From Gemmatimonadaceae bacterium (lineage in GTDB: Bacteria > Gemmatimonadota > Gemmatimonadetes > Gemmatimonadales > Gemmatimonadaceae): DNA of 57,010 nt. A program made the translations under genes and the position numbers. Positions 54,978 to 57,010 of the stretch are shown piece after piece. The stretch is from positions 1-57,010 of the forward strand of contig DATBZT010000026.1 of assembly GCA_036513055.1 (NCBI GenBank), read 5' to 3'. Positions within the stretch are counted from its first letter, which is position 1; each line of letters begins with the position of its first letter. The notes under the pieces were generated by a model that was given only the letters and a program-made list of their open reading frames with translations, was not told the DNA's origin and made no database searches.

Positions 54978-56096
54978 ATGGAAACGACAGCGAGAACGAT
55001 TGAATCAGACATGCACACGGATCCTGTGCTCGGCACGACTTCCGTCGTGCGGCGCCTGTCCACGCTCGACCGATTCCTCCCACTCTGGATCTTCGCGGCG
55101 ATGGCACTTGGCATCGCCCTGGGCCGCACGTTCCCGGGGCTGGGTGCCGCGCTCGACCGTGTACAGGTGGCCGGAGTATCGGTGCCTATAGGGATCGGGC
55201 TCCTGTGGATGATGTATCCCGTGCTCGCCAAGGTTCGTTACGAGACCATCGGCGCTCACATCGCGGACCGAAAGCTCCTTGGTACCTCGCTCGTGCTCAA
55301 CTGGATCATCGGACCGGTCGTCATGTTCACGCTGGCGTGGTTCTTCCTCCCCGACCTGCCGCACTACCGGAACGGACTCGTTCTGATCGGACTCGCGCGA
55401 TGCATTGCGATGGTGCTGGTATGGAACTCTCTGGCGCGGGGTTCGGCCGAGCTCGCCGCGGTACTGGTGGCGCTCAACTCGGTCTTCCAGGTCCTCACAT
55501 ACTCCGTGCTCGGGTGGCTCTTTCTCACGGTCGTCCCGACCTGGCTCGGCAGTGACAGTACGGCGTTGCACGTCTCGATGTGGCAGATCGCGAAGAGCGT
55601 ACTGATCTTCCTCGGCATTCCGCTCTTCGCTGGGTTTCTCACGCGCCGCACGCTGGTCGCCCGCCGTGGAGAGTGGTGGTACGACAACCGCTTCATTCCG
55701 CGCATCGGGCCAACGGCACTCCTCGGCCTGCTGTACACCATCGTGCTGATGTTCGCGATGCAGGGGACACGCATTCTGCAGTTGCCGGTGGACGTGCTCC
55801 GGATCGCGATCCCGCTCGTCGTCTACTTTTTCATCATGTTCGGCGTTGCGTTCGCGCTTTCCATGAAGCTCGGCTTCAGCTATCCGGAAACGGCGTCGCT
55901 CTCGTTCACGGCGGCAGGCAACAACTTCGAGCTGGCCATCGCAGTGGCCATCGCGACGTTCGGCATTGCGTCCGGCGAAGCGCTCGCGGCGGTGGTCGGT
56001 CCGCTCATCGAAGTGCCGGCGCTGATCGGACTCGTGTACGTATCGCTATGGGCAGGTCGCCGGTTTTTTTCGCCGGTACTCAGCGCGCAATCTTGA
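54978..56096 (+). CDS. acr3: ACR3 family arsenite efflux transporter
   Basis: LDRFL, MMYP, ARCIAMV, GNNFELAIA, GPLIEVP. Confidence 0.95.
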   Translation: METTARTIESDMHTDPVLGTTSVVRRLSTLDRFLPLWIFAAMALGIALGRTFPGLGAALDRVQVAGVSVPIGIGLLWMMYPVLAKVRYETIGAHIADRKLLGTSLVLNWIIGPVVMFTLAWFFLPDLPHYRNGLVLIGLARCIAMVLVWNSLARGSAELAAVLVALNSVFQVLTYSVLGWLFLTVVPTWLGSDSTALHVSMWQIAKSVLIFLGIPLFAGFLTRRTLVARRGEWWYDNRFIPRIGPTALLGLLYTIVLMFAMQGTRILQLPVDVLRIAIPLVVYFFIMFGVAFALSMKLGFSYPETASLSFTAAGNNFELAIAVAIATFGIASGEALAAVVGPLIEVPALIGLVYVSLWAGRRFFSPVLSAQS

Positions 56097-56250
56097 AGTT
56101 GAACATCGGCGTTCCCAGCGCCCCCATGAGGCGGAGCCAGATGGGAAGTATCATCTCGGCTCCCCGTGCCGTCGTGATGTCGCCCAGATCGATAACGTGG
56201 CGGCCTCGCTCACCCGAAACGCACGCGAGCGCGACCTGCTTCTTGATCGC
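56080..56250 (-). pseudogene. C-terminal remnant of an NADP oxidoreductase (F420-dependent/NADPH reductase family)
   Basis: Start-less frame ...KKQV...VIDLGDITTARGAEMILPIWLRLMGALGTPMFNFKIAR*; family recognised by eye. Confidence 0.68.
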
Positions 56251-56273
56251 GCTCGCACGTGCGCCGCGAGTAC

Positions 56274-56819
56274 CTACTGAGCGGGCTTCTTTGCGGTCGG
56301 GGGCAGCAGACCGTTGAGGCGCAAGTAGATCGCCGACTGGCTGTAGTGGTCAGCCCAGTCTGCAGTGGTGAGCGTCATCGTGGCGGCACGTGACATAGAG
56401 CGGCCGAATACGGGAAGCGATTCCCCGAGCTTCGAGTCGTCGAGTCCAGCGAGCGCCTGATCGCAAAACGCAAAGGTCTCTTTCAAACGGGCGACGAGCG
56501 CGTCCTTGCCGGCCGTGGCCGCGACCTTGGTGCGAGTGGGTGCCTTCAATCCGCCGATCGTCCCACAGAGGTAATCGTTGCCACCGCTCAGATGCACCAC
56601 GATGTCGGCAAAGCTCATCTGGGCGGGCGTCGGCTTGTAGTTGTACTTCGCCGCCGGGAATTCATCGGCTGCGGCCATCAAATTCTTTCCGGCCGAAGCA
56701 GCTTCGTCACGGAACGCCTGCGCAACCGGATTTGCCGTCTGCGCCGACGCGACTCCTGAGAGCAGCGTAAGGGCGAGAGCAGCAGAGGAGACGCGGATGA
56801 ACATCTGTGGAAACTCCAT
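56274..56819 (-). CDS. Secreted DinB-family protein
   Basis: Signal peptide; YKPTP.QMSF...H...DHYSQ..YLRLNG..PP. Confidence 0.85.
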   Translation of the reverse strand: MEFPQMFIRVSSAALALTLLSGVASAQTANPVAQAFRDEAASAGKNLMAAADEFPAAKYNYKPTPAQMSFADIVVHLSGGNDYLCGTIGGLKAPTRTKVAATAGKDALVARLKETFAFCDQALAGLDDSKLGESLPVFGRSMSRAATMTLTTADWADHYSQSAIYLRLNGLLPPTAKKPAQ

Positions 56820-56887
56820 TTGAGTGGTGGGCGGGCAAGCACAATTCTGAGTGCAGAACGTGTCTCTGTCCAGAGAAACGGTCTCCC

Positions 56888-57010
56888 TCAGGTCTTCGCT
56901 ACTGCGTCCTTCACTCCATAGAACGCCTGGGCCATCCGTCCGATCGACCGATTGTAGTAAAGGATGGCGAAAATGCCCACCGCCGCCACGGCCAGAACAG
57001 CCGGGTTCAT
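56888..57010 (-). CDS. 3' end of a membrane protein (partial)
   Basis: Open frame ...AVLAVAAVGIFAILYYNRSIGRMAQAFYGVKDAVAKT* from the window edge. Confidence 0.55.
   Translation of the reverse strand: MNPAVLAVAAVGIFAILYYNRSIGRMAQAFYGVKDAVAKT

Overview
GC-rich bacterial chromosomal segment, about 52 densely packed CDSs, mostly housekeeping. Gene content and style suggest Gemmatimonadota (inference). It includes an S66 LD-carboxypeptidase, gmhA, three SF2 helicases, a Ser/Thr kinase, lon, PBP1A, a nitrilase-NadE fusion, a fused 2-oxoacid dehydrogenase E1, TerC, two [2Fe-2S] ferredoxins opposite rhodanese/OsmC, peptidases, rsgA, proline dehydrogenase, fadIJ, glpD, greA, an L,D-transpeptidase, a PPTase, queG and acr3. 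I saw no tRNA, rRNA, CRISPR array, integrase or transposase. Features the ORF track misses or does not explain: (1) an 80-aa Rdx/SelW-family selenoprotein (CxxU, in-frame UGA plus SECIS-like hairpin) at 5923-6165; (2) a DExH helicase whose motif Ia appears to lie N-terminal to Walker A; (3) a candidate sigma54 promoter with upstream sites driving two unknown secreted proteins; (4) a 175-bp element with 27-bp terminal inverted repeats; (5) a terminator-like hairpin in the greA leader; (6) many -10 boxes directly before start codons (leaderless, sometimes bidirectional); (7) a frameshifted Yip1 gene and an oxidoreductase gene remnant. All family calls come from motif recognition by eye; no database search was run.
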